Source: Octopus sinensis (lineage: Eukaryota). Taken from it: DNA of 64,000 nucleotides. This document shows positions 40,904 to 55,031 of this stretch, piece after piece. The notes below the pieces were generated by a model. That model was not told where the DNA came from. It searched no databases and was given only the letters and a program-made list of their open reading frames with translations. The translations under genes and the position numbers were made by a program. Position 1 is the stretch's first letter. Every line of letters starts with the position of its first letter. Location of the stretch: NCBI RefSeq assembly GCF_006345805.1, contig NC_043001.1:57598001-57662000 (forward strand), written 5' to 3'.

Positions 40904-41933
40904 TTGTCTCAAAACATGTCTCAAAACATGAAAACAAGAAAGCATCATACTCAGTAACAAAACAGGCAAAGGCATATCTAAGTGAATTCCGAATACAACA
41001 AATTTCGGAATTAGAGATAGACATACAAGAAACAGGCACAGAAAAAGCTAAGCGCATGAAAACCCGTGCTAAATCTGCGGCCTTAGATATTCTGAATGAT
41101 AAATGGCAAGAAAAACCTCTCTATGGCAAATACCCAAAGAGAGCGAATAATAAAGATGTTGACAAAGCCCTGACCCATCAATGGCTAATGGCCTCTGGAT
41201 TAAAATCTGAAACAGAGGGGTTTATCATAGCAGCTCAAGATCAATGCCTACCAACAAGAAACTATCAGGCCAACATATTAAAGATCAGCAGCAGTCCAAC
41301 GTGTCGTGTATGCCAGCAACAAAATGAAACCATTGATCATGTGGCCTCCAAGTGCAGTCTTCTAGCGCCTACAGAGTATCTCAACAGGCACGATAGAGCT
41401 GCACAAGATATTCACTAGGTAATCTGCAAAAACCTGGATTTGCCCCATGAAAAAAACTGGTGGGAATACAAACCACCCCTAGTGCTTGAAAATGACCACA
41501 TCTCACTCCTCTGGAACTTCACCATTCAAACTGACAGAAAGATAGATGCAAATAGGCCAGTCATCATATTGATAGACTTCAAACAAAGAACATGACTCCT
41601 CATTGATATGACTGTCCCAATCGATATAAACGTATCTGTCAAGACCTACCAAAAACTGAGCAAATATAAAGATCTTGAAATAGAAATCAGCAAAATGTGG
41701 AAGCTGAAGACTAAAACAATACCTGTTGTCATGGGTGCCCTGGGAATGATAGCAAAAGGGGCTGATAGCTACCTAATTCAGATACCAGGAAACCCCAAAA
41801 TGGCAGAAATTCAAAAGATAGTGCTCATGGGAACTGCTCATATCCTACGCAAAATACTTTCTATGTAATCTCAAGGTTTAAAACAAACATTTTTTTAGAC
41901 ATCCACCTGTACAACACAAAAACAACCAAATAT
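40903..41933 (+). mobile_element. 5'-truncated R4/Dong-type element, subfamily B (CCHC + RLE)
   Basis: WQEKPLYGKY, GLKSETEGFIIAAQDQ, CRVCQQQNETIDHV, KYKDLEIEI; in (TAA)n. Confidence 0.9.
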
Positions 41934-41966
41934 ATTATTATTATTATGATTATTATTATTATTATT

Positions 41967-42016
<50 letters not shown>

Positions 42017-42051
42017 TAGTAATAATAATAATATAATAATAATAATAATAA

Positions 42052-43083
42052 CTTGTCTCAAAACATGTCTCAAAACATGAAAACAAGAAAGCATCATACT
42101 CAGTAACAAAACAGGCAAAGGCATATCTAAGTGAATTCCGAATACAACAAATTTCGGAATTAGAGATAGACATACAAGAAACAGGCACAGAAAAAGCTAA
42201 GCGCATGAAAACCCGTGCTAAATCTGCGGCCTTAGATATTCTGAATGATAAATGGCAAGAAAAACCTCTCTATGGCAAATACCCAAAGAGAGCGAATAAT
42301 AAAGATGTTGACAAAGCCCTGACCCATCAATGGCTAATGGCCTCTGGATTAAAATCTGAAACAGAGGGGTTTATCATAGCAGCTCAAGATCAATGCCTAC
42401 CAACAAGAAACTATCAGGCCAACATATTAAAGATCAGCAGCAGTCCAACGTGTCGTGTATGCCAGCAACAAAATGAAACCATTGATCATGTGGCCTCCAA
42501 GTGCAGTCTTCTAGCGCCTACAGAGTATCTCAACAGGCACGATAGAGCTGCACAAGATATTCACTAGGTAATCTGCAAAAACCTGGATTTGCCCCATGAA
42601 AAAAACTGGTGGGAATACAAACCACCCCTAGTGCTTGAAAATGACCACATCTCACTCCTCTGGAACTTCACCATTCAAACTGACAGAAAGATAGATGCAA
42701 ATAGGCCAGTCATCATATTGATAGACTTCAAACAAAGAACATGACTCCTCATTGATATGACTGTCCCAATCGATATAAACGTATCTGTCAAGACCTACCA
42801 AAAACTGAGCAAATATAAAGATCTTGAAATAGAAATCAGCAAAATGTGGAAGCTGAAGACTAAAACAATACCTGTTGTCATGGGTGCCCTGGGAATGATA
42901 GCAAAAGGGGCTGATAGCTACAGAATTCAGATACCAGGAAACCCCAAAATGGCAGAAATTCAAAAGATAGTGCTCATGGGAACTGCTCATATCCTACGCA
43001 AAATACTTTCTATGTAATCTCAAGGTTTAAAACAAACATTTTTTTTAGACATCCACCTGTACAACACAAAAACAACCAAATAT
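42052..43083 (+). mobile_element. Near-identical tandem duplicate of 40903-41933
   Basis: Period 1149 bp; only a few differences seen. Confidence 0.9.
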
Positions 43084-43116
43084 ATTATTATTATTATGAT
43101 TATTATTATTATTATT

Positions 43117-43167
<51 letters not shown>

Positions 43168-43220
43168 TCTTTTTCTTCTTTTTCTTCTTATTATTATTAT
43201 TATCATTATCATTATTATTA

Positions 43221-45955
43221 TTCAGTAGTTTTATTTTTATTTTTATAGCGTGCTTTCACTTCACTACCGAGCACAGCCCTGTGTGCCTTGGGTATGTGCT
43301 TTGATTTGTTGTGATGCTCTGATGGTTATTGTATGGAAAGTGTTCTGCGTAGGATGTGTGCAGTGCCTAGTAGTGCAATTTTCTGTATGTTATATGTGTT
43401 TGTAAGTCCTGGTGTTTTTGTTATGTATTTGTCTGAATATTTTTTTATCATGCCTAATGCACCTACTATGATAGGAATTGTTTCTGTTTTCAGATTCCAC
43501 ATTCTAGTTACCTCTATTTCCAGGTCTTTGTATTTTGAGAGTTTCTCCATTTCTTTTAGAGACACGTTGTCATCAGTCGGTATTGATACATCAATTAGAA
43601 AGCATTTTTTTTCTTCATGATCTCTGACAACTATATCTGGTCTGTTGGCCTTAATTTCTCTATCTGTGTGTATCGGCATATCCCAGAGTATGGTTGCTTT
43701 CTCGTTTTCTGTGACCTTTTCTGCTGTGTGCCTATACCATCTTTTTTCTGTTGTTATTCCATAATGTTGGCATAGCTTCCAATGTATGTAGGTTCCAACT
43801 CTGTCATGTCTGTGAATATATTCCTTCTTAGCCAAGACTGGGCAGCTAGAGATAATATGATTTATTGTTTCTTGTCCATCTCCACATATTCTGCAGTTAC
43901 TTGTTATATTTCTTTTCATTACATGTTTTTGGTAATTTCTGGTGGGGAGGCTTTGGTTTTGTGCTGCAATTAAAAATCCTTCTGTCTCTGCTTTGAGTCC
44001 TGAGCTACTCAACCATTGCTGGGATTTTTCTTTGTCTATTTCTTTTGCGTTTAGTTTAGTCCAGTATTTACCATGAAGGGGCTTTTCTTGCCATCGTTTT
44101 ATCATGGTTCGTTGCTGTTCTATTTTTAGTTTGGATTTCATTTGTTTTATAGCTTTTGTTGTTTCTTCATCTTCTTCTTCTTCATGTTTATTAGGTGGCG
44201 TGATTTCTTGTTTGTATTTGTCAGCTTCCTTAAATACTGAGAACAGTTTTTTGTTTTGCTCGTGTTTTGTAGCTATCTGGATCAGTTTTCCTTCCTTCTG
44301 AAGTAGATATTTTTGCAGTCCTATGGTGGTTATTTTATAGTAGTTTTCCAGCTGTATAAGGCCTCTACCACCTTCTATACGTTGTATATATAGTCTTTCT
44401 ATGTCAGATTTTGGGTGATGCATCCTAGATCCTGTCATTATTTTTCTTGTTTTCCTATCTATTTTGGTCAGTTCATTTCGTGTCCAGTTAAGGATATTGT
44501 AGCTGTAACTTATAACTGGGACAGCTAAAGTGTTGATACATATTATCTTGTTTTTAGCATTGAGCTCTGTGTTTAGTATTGATCTAACTCGTATATAATA
44601 TTCTTTTTTTTATTTTCTCTTTCATTTGTGTGTGTTGTGTCTTATCTAGTTCATGGATTCCTAAGTATTTGTAAGTTTGGCTTTGGTCTAATTCTTTTAT
44701 TTCATTGGTTTTATCTAGTGTGATGTTGTTACTCTTAACTAGTTTTTCTCTTTTCAAGGTTACTTTGGCGAATTTTTCTCATCCAAATTTCATATCTATT
44801 TCTTTGGTAAATCCATGAACTGTCTTTAATAGTGTTTCCAGCTGTTTGTCATTTGCAGCGTATAGTTTTAGGTCATCCATATATAAAAGGTGGCTGATCG
44901 TTTTGCCGTAACATTTATATCCGCATCCAGTTCTATTTAGCATATCAGATAGAGGTGACAGTGCCAAGCAGAAAAGGAGTGGAGAGAGCGTGTCTCCCTG
45001 GAATATTCCCCTTCTAATGGGGATGTCTTTTGTTTTCATGAGTCCCTCTTTTGTTTGGAGGTGTAGGACTGTTTGCCATTTATTCATAGAGTGCTCTATG
45101 AATTTTATGATTGTTGGTGCTACTTTGTTAATGGCTAGTGTTTCGAGGATCCATGTGTGGGGGATGCTATCAAACGCCTTTTTGTAGTCAATCCAGGCCA
45201 TACTGAGGCCTTTCTTCTTTCTGTGGCTGTCTTCAGTTATGGCTTTATTAATCATTAGTTGATCTTTACAGTCATATGAGCCTTTGCGGCATCCTTTCTG
45301 CTCTTCTGGGAACAGTTTGTTTTCGTCCAGGTGCTTGTTCAGCCTTTGTGATATCACTGCACTAAATGCCTTGAACATAGTAGGGAGGCAGGTTATTGGT
45401 CTGTAGTTTTCTGGTTTTTCTGTTTCATTTGATTTGGGAATTAAGATTGTTTTCCCCTCCGTGAGCCATTCAGGCATTGTCTCTGGCTCTGCTAGTACTT
45501 TGTTAAAGTTTTCAGCCAGCTTTTTGTGCATTCCTGTTAGATATTTCAACCAGAAGTTGGGGATCTTCTCATGCCCAGGTGCCTTCCAGTTGCTTAGTCT
45601 TTGCAGTGCCTGGGTGACCTCTTCAGTTGTTATGGGGGTCCAAAGTTGTTCAAATGCCGAGTTTGTTATTCTGATACTCCTTTTTTTTGGTGGTTCGTTC
45701 GCCGACCATATTTCTCCCCAGAATTCTTCCAATTCTTCTGCGATTGGTGCTGCAGTGACTTCTATTTTATTTTTTCCCAGTTCTTGGTAGAACTTTTTGG
45801 GGTTAGAGTTGAACTTTTTGTTTTCTTCAAAGAAGCGTTGGCGTTTCTTGTACCGGCGGATCCTTTGTGCTTTGGCAAGGATATCTTGCTTCAGCTTTTC
45901 TTTTATTTCAGGCAAATCTTTCTTTGTGATGTTATATTTGCGGAGTATTTTTGTT
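43221..45955 (-). mobile_element. 5'-truncated R4/Dong-type element, subfamily A
   Basis: ORFs 45915-44779 (RT) and 44438-43326 (thumb, CCHC, RLE); intact 3' UTR ending in (TAA)n; (TTA)n on both sides. Confidence 0.95.
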
Positions 45956-46017
45956 CTCTTTTGTTCTCTTTGTTCTCTATTATTATTATTATTATCATCA
46001 TTATTATTATATTATTA

Positions 46018-46049
<32 letters not shown>

Positions 46050-46110
46050 TATTATTATTATCATTATTATTATTATATTATTATCATTATTATTATTATT
46101 ATCATTATTA

Positions 46111-46152
<42 letters not shown>

Positions 46153-47878
46153 TCTTTCTTCGAATTGTAAGAAACAGCAGATAAACTTCTCTTAAACTAC
46201 GCCAGGACGTCTCAAAGAACGGGGTTAACACGAGAGAATGTAGTTTTGTACCAATTAGAATTTTCATGATTGACACACCTCTAACAATATTTTCCTGGGG
46301 CTTAACAACAGCAGTAATACGAGATACAAGGGCTCGTTCCGTGGTGTTGCCCGGCAACATATTCTATAAATAGCAGACGAATATATCTTATAATTCTTAC
46401 CGAATCGATAACGGGTAGATAATATTCTTATTTATTTTATAGGCTAAATGCATTTAAACAATCTTATTACCAGTTGCAAACACAAGGTTGACTTGTGGCT
46501 AAGCAACAATAGTTATTATCATATTAAATTAAATATTCACTACGATCGCAAATTTTACACCACCTATGAGAAAATGCTACGTCGCATAGGGACTCAAACC
46601 CTCACACTGCCGTATCTCTCTGATTTTGTAGCACTATATCTTTCACCATCTCTACGACAGAACATCATATATAGTAATGATTTTCTGCAGAGTTGTATTA
46701 GTAAGAGTTCATCCCTGCCTTAGTAATCAACGTGAATGTGAATATAATCAGTGCCACAACATCATTAAATGAACAGCACAAACACACGTTATATATCATA
46801 CTCACCATAATAATCACCGTTTCAAACGCAGTTAGCAGCACCATCACTACCGTCAGCTTCGTCGTCGTGTGTGGGAGTATAACGTCGTCGTCGGCGTCAC
46901 CAGCAGTCCCTCCACCAAAATACACATCTTCCATTTGCACTAAGACCGACGGAAAAGCATATGCAAAAGTGGGAGTTACTTCATAGTAACTCGATGTGCT
47001 AGACATAGTAGCCATCTCCCCAAGTTAGAAAAGTAACTAAGAATACATTAAAAACACTATGCTTGAGAAAAAGGGAAATAATGATGTTGCGGCAAGGATT
47101 AAATATCTGCTCAGTCAGGTCTGAACTGGGGGCAAAAGAGACCACCACCACCAACACCATAATCACCATCACCACCACCACCACCACCACCACCGCCGCC
47201 GCGACCGCCACAACCACCACCACGACGAATACAAGAAATAAACAAAAACAATAATCAGCGTCAACAGCATCGTCAAGCCACGAACTGATGCAAAAAAATT
47301 GATCGGCTTAAACATCACCAATGTAAGTAGTTGTATGCCAGTGTGCATTAAAATAGTTAGACGAGTGAGCAAATATCAGGGAATCAGTCACAAAATTACA
47401 CGCATATACAACCACACAGTCATACACATAACAATACACACATGCACACTAATACGCACACAAACACACTCACTTACACGCCAACACAACCATGTAAACA
47501 CACTCACACATGCACATCGAACAGAAACAAAATAATAACAACAAGCCCGCAAACGATAGATTATCGTTTCGAAACAAAATGTCAGCTTAATGGACGTCTT
47601 GCAGAGTGGTCTGTAATTTTAACAAGTATTGCTAGTACATAGGACATGACAGGCAAATAATTTTCCAGCGAAAAGCAACATACATGTATAGGATAGGCAG
47701 AATACTGACGCCAGTCATGATATTTTATTTCTTACTTTTAATTCGATCGCTAATTTCCTAATTGTTTTACTGCACATATATGCATATCTGCATATATATA
47801 TATATATATATATGCACACATACAAACACATACAAATATATATAGATATGTGTATGTATATATATATACATATATATA

Positions 47879-47929
<51 letters not shown>

Positions 47930-48726
47930 ATATGTATGTATATGTATGTATGTATATACGTATGCATATATGTATGTATTGAAGCATATGTCTATATCTA
48001 CGAATCTACCGATAAAGGAAGTGGATGGTAAATTCCATTAAGAAGATAAGTTATATTTGGTAAAAGAGCAGCATGCGACGACGGAGCAGTAACGAGTAAC
48101 GCTTTTGTTATTTGCTGTTTTCTACGCATGTAACAGAAAAAGTTATATGTAAATGATATACATACGTATATACACAATAACTCACACACACAGACACACA
48201 CATACACATACAAACATACATATATATATATGTGTATATACATGCATAGATATATACATACATATACGTTTATTTGTAAGTGTATGATATATAAACATAT
48301 AGATTTACATGTAAATCAAGGTACACGCAGATAAAGGCAGAGACACACACACACACACATATACATGTGTGTATGTATTCATGTCATGTATATATATATG
48401 TATGTGTGTCTATATATGTATATGTACATATACATACACAATATCGAAATTGTAATTTGTACAAACCGTTCATATATTGTAAATTCTGACAATAAAATAA
48501 GACGATCTCCCCACTAAATTACTTACATTTAAAGACGGTAGATGTGTGTTTTGATTTGTTTTGCCAATATATTTCTTTAAGCTAAAAGATTTATCATTAT
48601 CATCATTCCGAACATTATTAATGTTGTATTTCTTTTAGTCATCTTTTTAAATTTTATAGGTCTCATTTTGTTTTTAATGTTGTGATTGTTACTGCTGTTA
48701 ATTTTTGTTGATGTTATTTATACGTA

Positions 48727-48778
<52 letters not shown>

Positions 48779-49929
48779 AATGATTTCGATTCAAATTGCT
48801 GCATAGGTATTGATATATAAGGTAAGCATGATCACGTTGTTGTGTTGTTGACATTTAATTTTTGTATATCTTTAATAAATGATTCCAACTCAAATTATAT
48901 CATAGCCATTGATATACGAGGTGAGCCTGACAGGGTGAAATTGAAATGAAAGTTTAATTTACTGAGTTTCCATATAAGATAAATTAAAATTAGATGGCGC
49001 TTGATAGTTTACCAAGTTAAATAATTACAAAATGAAGTCTAAAGATTCATTGAAACTCTACTTGAAATACAAAATTAAAACAAAATTAAAATCAATGCTT
49101 CGGAGAATATTTTTTTATATCAACAAATTTCTGATCAATTAACCTCACTAGTTTTGATATAACTACTGCAACTAACGAAGACAGATCCTAGGCAGATTCT
49201 TCATCGTCTAATCACAGCAGCAAAGTCTAACTCAAATCTCAAGGTATTGTTTTTGAAATGCTTGGAAATTTTGGATTGAATAATTTAGTCACAGATACGC
49301 TTAGTAAGGCAGGATGATTAAAAGTTGGTACGTTTCTAACAATAGGTGGGATGGGTGAGAGCCAATTTATTTATTAAACCACAACTACAACGAGAAGAGG
49401 CTTGAAGAAAAATAAGATTATTTTTCAGGCCTATGAACATGTTTAGATGTACGAACGATAGCATCCACTATTCCATAAGCCTCTGTACTTCATGGTCCAC
49501 AGTTTGATGCGATCATAGATCACATGGAGCTAGCGCTTAGGTTTTCACGCTAGACATTCAATCTGCTATATTCGTGTCAAAGGCCGACTCAAAGAGAGCT
49601 AGCCGTGAGGTCTAAGAAGCGAACACCATCGGAGTTGTTAAAATATCAATATTTATATTTATATACATAGACTAAAAGACAAAATCAATGGAACAGGAAG
49701 CATTAAGCTCTATGTAACGACTCCTGTGGTTTGTGGGCAATATTACACGCATCAAAGAAGTCTTGCTTACTAATTATGTAGTCATAAATTTAACATTTAA
49801 GTTTGGATTTAGAAACATAATTACATTAATATTATATTTCTGTATACCATGGTTGGCTTAAAATCTTAACATTATAATGTATTTTAGAACGCTCAACAAT
49901 TAGAAGGAAGCTAAAAAAATTACGTAAGT

Positions 49930-50500
49930 TCATATTGTCAGAGTCATCATTATATTTGTAAAGAGTGGAAGGTGATCTGATGTTTGATAGTAAGGAAAAT
50001 ATTTGTAGTATAGTGGATATTAGTGCAAGATTTGAAACTAATTTATTAAATAGCGAAGAAATTGTTTGAAAATGTATAATAGGAGCAATAGAGGGATATC
50101 CATACTTGCTAGAGGTTAAAATGGATATTATTTTTAGTCTTAGTTTGAAGAAATAACTGTCGGAGAACGCGTGTGTAAGGAAAAAAGTCGGATTAACCCA
50201 ATTAAGAATTTATAGGGATATAAATGTAGGAATATCTTCACAAAGTGGGTAGACAGGAAAAAATTAGAAGGAACAAAGCTGTGAAAGCAGTAAATACATT
50301 TGGGTAACGCAGGTATAATGTAAATATATATTAAGATGTGGAAATGTGTCAGTAATTGTAAGTAAGTGCATACGTCTAGTGAGCTGAGGTATGACCTAGA
50401 AATAAACTGCTGTGAGGTAATAATAGCACGTACAGAAACATGTTGACAGTATAGGTTATTACAATGCAATTACTAGCTGTCTCGTTTGTGAAGGTAAGCA
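49930..50500 (-). pseudogene. Possible APE endonuclease remnant of a LINE
   Basis: TSDHLPLF motif and a weak LFLGHTSAH (GDFNAH-like) upstream; very decayed. Confidence 0.3.
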
Positions 50501-50954
50501 GTAAATTGTGAAGTGGATAAGAAAAGTGATTAATGTTTTTGTCAGGAGCAGTTAATAGAAAAATACATAAGCCAATATCAGTATAGGATAATCTTAGTTG
50601 TATGGAAAATGAATGGGCTGGATAATTTTAAAGAGAACTATGTTATATAATTTGAAAAACAATTTATTTCTGCATGCCAGTTCCATATCGAGTATTTAAC
50701 AAATAGCATTGCCATATTACCCAATTAATACGAAATCTACATGGTCTTTTAGTTCTGTTGCAATACTTTGCTTTAGATTAGACTTTCCAATTTATATCGG
50801 TGTTTAAAAGCATATTCTCCAGTTTTATAATGTATGCGTCCACAAAAACTTATACCACATTACGATTAATAACTTAAAACTAAAGCTAAAAATGCTATTA
50901 TCGAATGCAAGATTGTTTTCCGACTGAATTTATGATACACACACATAAACACAC

Positions 50955-52578
50955 ACATAATGAAATTGTGCTTAATAAGGCCCTTATTTTCGCAATGAAT
51001 AAAGTGGGAATGACATTTGATGAAGTTAATGTAATTAAAATGGCTAGGAAATCGCTCATTAAATATAAAAATAAATTATGGGCTAGGAAAGATACTAGGG
51101 ATTGTTTTGATATACCTATGGGAGCACCAGATTCTGCACAAGCTACAGATTTAGTAGGTATTTTTCTTTTATCTGAACTCCAATTAGAAAATCTTAAGAT
51201 AGAGGGTGGTTTATATAGAGATGATCTTCTACTAATTACAAAGAATTGTACTAATAGGAATCTAGAAGTATATAAGAAAAAACTATATAGTTTCTTTAAA
51301 AGATATGGTTTAAGTATTACTATATATAAGGAGAATTATAATATTAATTATTTAGATGTTAATTTTAATCTAATTACAGGTAAAACACAACCATATCATA
51401 AAATTAATGAGAACCTTAGATATATAAATGTTAATAGTAATCACCCACATTCTATTAAAAAATCGTTGATTAATAATATAAGTAAACGTATTTCATTACT
51501 CTCTTATGATATAGAGATTTTTAATAAACATGCTACTTATTATAATGAGGCCCTTAGAGAGGCAGGTTATAATAGGAATATTAAATTTTATAATATTAAT
51601 GATAAAGATATAACTAATAATTTTCGAGATAATTATATTAATAATAATTATAATTTTGTTAATATTAGTGGTAAAAATATTAGAAATTATAAAAATAAAA
51701 ATAATAAAAATAAAAATAATAATAATAATAATAATAATATTGATAAAATTAATAATATTAATAATTCATTAAATGCTGTACATAGATATAATTCTGATAA
51801 TAATTTTAATATGATAAAGAATTATAAATACAATAATAATAATAATGACAGTTATAATAATAAGGTAAATAAGAATAAAATTTGGTTAATAGTTCCTTAT
51901 GGTGATCAAGTAAAAACGAATATTATTAAAGAGATTTTAGATATTATCGAACTATTTATTAGAGATAATCGTAAATATAAAAACATTTTCTCTAGTAATA
52001 ATTTTGGAGTAGGTTATTCCAGCACTAATAATGTAGGTAACATTGTTTCTTCATTTAATAAATTTAAACTGAATAATTTTTATAAGAATAAATTATTTAA
52101 TAATACTAATAATAAAGATAACACATATATTAATTGTACTTGTAGAGATAAATCTAAATGTAAATTAAATAATAAATGCGATATTAACGATGTAGTGTAT
52201 AAATGTATAGTTACATTACATGATAATAACTTTAAGAATAATAATTACCCAAAAGCGATTTATACAGGGTCTACTTCCTCTAAAATAAAATTAAGAATCG
52301 CACATCTGAATTCTTTTAAAAATAAAAACTTAATCAACTCCACTGGACTTAGTAAGTACATTTGGAGACTTAAATCACAAAATATTAATTATAGTTTATC
52401 TTGGTAAATAATTTGTAAAACCAAATCATATACTATAGGAGCGAATTTTTGTTATTTATGCTCTAATGAGTTTAAGGAAATTTTATTTTATAAGTATGAT
52501 AATTTACTTAATACAGGTGAAGAGCGCAAAATAAAATGCAGACATAGGTTATTATATAATAAGTTTCATGATAAATAA
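50955..52578 (+). pseudogene. 5'-truncated Penelope-like element, Naiad-type RT + GIY-YIG
   Basis: PMGAPDSAQATDLVG, GGLYRDDLL, YLDVNFNL, SNHPHSI, CTCRDKSKC, VVYKC...IYTGST, LSKYIW.LK; single TAA at 52405, frame continues (CYLC...KCRH) to TAA 52576-52578. Confidence 0.9.
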
Positions 52579-52664
52579 TAATTGTTTAATAACATTAATA
52601 GCTCCCTATTAAAGGTTACTTTAGTTATAAATTTTATGTTTAGTGTACCATTATAATTTTATAG

Positions 52665-54160
52665 AGTGCCCTTATATTTTCGGCCTGGCGTGCTCAGCAC
52701 GAACATCAAACACAAAGCAACATCTGTGGACCGGTTTGTGGGTTATTGTCCTTTCTCAGCACAGAGTCGCTGCTCGGTTAGATGGCGCCATACTCCCTTT
52801 CGAAATTGAATGCTTTTCAAAGTCACACACAGTTACCTATCTAATGAATGGAAGCCTTATTATTTCTAAATCTTTCAAAGAGAGATATTCATTAACAGTA
52901 CTTTAGGTAAATATATTTGCCAGCATAACGTGGCAGTCCTGGGTGGGATGAACGTTACTATTTATTAGTCCCGGGAAACGTCACTTCAAGCTGGCTATAC
53001 TACATAATATCTATGTAATTCTATATTCGGACAGGGTCGCTCAGCACCTCCATCCACCACAACGCAACATCTCTGGACTGGTTTTTGTGTTATTGCTCTT
53101 TCTTACCACAGAGTAGCTGCTTTGCTAGACGGCGCTGCTGAACTCCTGTTCGAACATGTATGACTTTCAAAGTCACACGCCTTCATTGATCTAATGAATA
53201 AAAACATTATTATTTCTAGATCCCTGAAAGAGTACAGTAACTGTACTTTGAAGTAAAGACTATTTGCCAGCATAATGTGGCAGTCCAAGATGTGATGAAT
53301 GTTACTGTCGTTTAGCCACAGCAAACGTCGTTTCTGGCTGACTATACGACACAATATCTGTGTCCTTATATTTTCGAAGAGGGGAGCTCAGCACCCCTAC
53401 CCATCACAAGCAATATATGTGAAACTGTAGCCGAGCAGCTATTCTGTGCTGAGAAAGCACAATAACCCAGAAACGGGTCCATAGATATTGCTTTGAGCTG
53501 GATGGTGGTGCTGAGCTCCCTAATTCGAAAATATACAGATATTGTGTCTCATAGCCAGCGGAAAACGACATTTCATGGGACTAAACAATAGTAACATTCG
53601 TCGCATTCAGCACTGCTACACGTGTTGGGAAATAGTCTTTACTGTAATGTACTATTACTGAATATCTCTCTTTGAGAAATTTAGAAATAATAATGTTTCC
53701 ATTTATTAGATCAGTGCCTGTCATTCAATTTCAAGATTATATATTTTAGAATGGGTGTTCAGCAGCGCCGTCTAGCCGAGCAAGTACTCTGTGCTGAGAA
53801 AGGCAATAACTCAGAAATCGATTCACAGATGTTGCTTTTTTGCTGGATTTGGATGCTGAGTTCCCCTGTTTGAAAATATAAAGAAACATATTATCAACAG
53901 CCAGCAGGAGACGACGTTTATTGGGGCTAAATAACAGTAACATTCGTCGTACCCATGACTGTCTCATTATGTTGGCAAATAGTCTTTACTTTAAGATACT
54001 GTTACTGAATATCTCTCTTTCTGAGGTTCAGAAATAATAATGTTTATATTTATTAGATGAGTGATTGCTTGTCACTTTGAAAATTATATACTTTCGAACG
54101 GGAGTTCAGCAGCGCTATCTAGCCGAGCAGCCACTCTGTGCTGAGAAAGAGCAATAACCG
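52665..54160. repeat. Palindromic array of ~350-bp diverged units (about 2.2 direct + 2.2 inverted)
   Basis: CTCAGCACAGAG-like marker at ~52755 and ~53104 (+), and as its reverse complement at ~53443, ~53788 and ~54136. Confidence 0.85.
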
Positions 54161-54995
54161 CCGCCTCCTTTCCCAGCTACTACTGCGGCTTAAACAATCA
54201 AAACCAAGAACTCATATCAAATATTAGGACTGCCACTACCTGCTACCTGCTACCGAGACCTCACATGTGTAGAAAAGAGACAGAGACAGAGAGAAAAAAG
54301 GAAAATGTCCCTTGCATTTGAAAACTATGGAACTGTTAAAACAAACATTTCATTTAATTTTTCTGCAATTTAATTGTTTTTCATGATTTAATCTAAATTT
54401 CGCAAAGACCGAAATGTTCTTCATGATGAAATTATTTTAATATTTTCTACCTTATCTTATTTTCTTTATACATATCAACTCGTGTGTTCCTTTTCAAAAT
54501 TCTATATATGCATAATACTAGAAAGAAGAAGCACATGTCTGTGCAATGACAGGGGAGATAACCGCAGCTAGCGAGTTCATTATACTAGTCTAGTTTCGCT
54601 TTAAATTCAAAGCTTATAAGTGGAGACTACTCTTTAACTGGATAGTTTGGCTTACTCCTAATAAAATTATGAAATTGTTAAATAGGCAATAAAAGCGGCT
54701 ATAAGCAATATAACACGAAAACGGAAAAATTCCGTTGCCGCTGATTGTGACTGAGGTCCTGGGTAGCAGCTATATTGCTAAATGTAAGGGCTAAAAGCCC
54801 ATAGGGCCGCAAGATAGCAGGGGTTTATCTACTGACAGTACAGAAAACCACCCCAAAGCGAGTTAGATCACCATACTCATCTAACCCGATGCAATGGGAT
54901 CAAATCCTGAACCATGTAGCTAGGGAGCAAAATACTTACAACAGAGTGAGGCATGGCATGTATATTATATACATAAGTATACATTATATGTATGC

Positions 54996-55026
<31 letters not shown>

Positions 55027-55031
<5 letters not shown>

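Noticed and set aside
46310-46365. CCGTGGTGTTGCCCGG hairpin as a Helitron 3' end
   Set aside because: No CTAG at the expected distance on either strand
46698-47254. Hydrophobic or Thr-rich ORFs as host exons
   Set aside because: Derived from degenerate CAC/CAT trinucleotide repeats; no splice or homology support
48912-49250. TACGAGG start resembling a mariner TIR
   Set aside because: No partner TIR or translatable transposase motif found
52405-52407. Internal stop in the Naiad-type ORF as possible selenocysteine codon (reported for some Naiads)
   Set aside because: The codon is TAA, not TGA, and lies at a non-Cys position; a simple nonsense mutation is more likely
52940-53960. GAYGA...(G)AAAYGTC pattern in each 350-bp unit as a hammerhead
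   Set aside because: C3/U4 not conserved and no convincing stem I or II pairing
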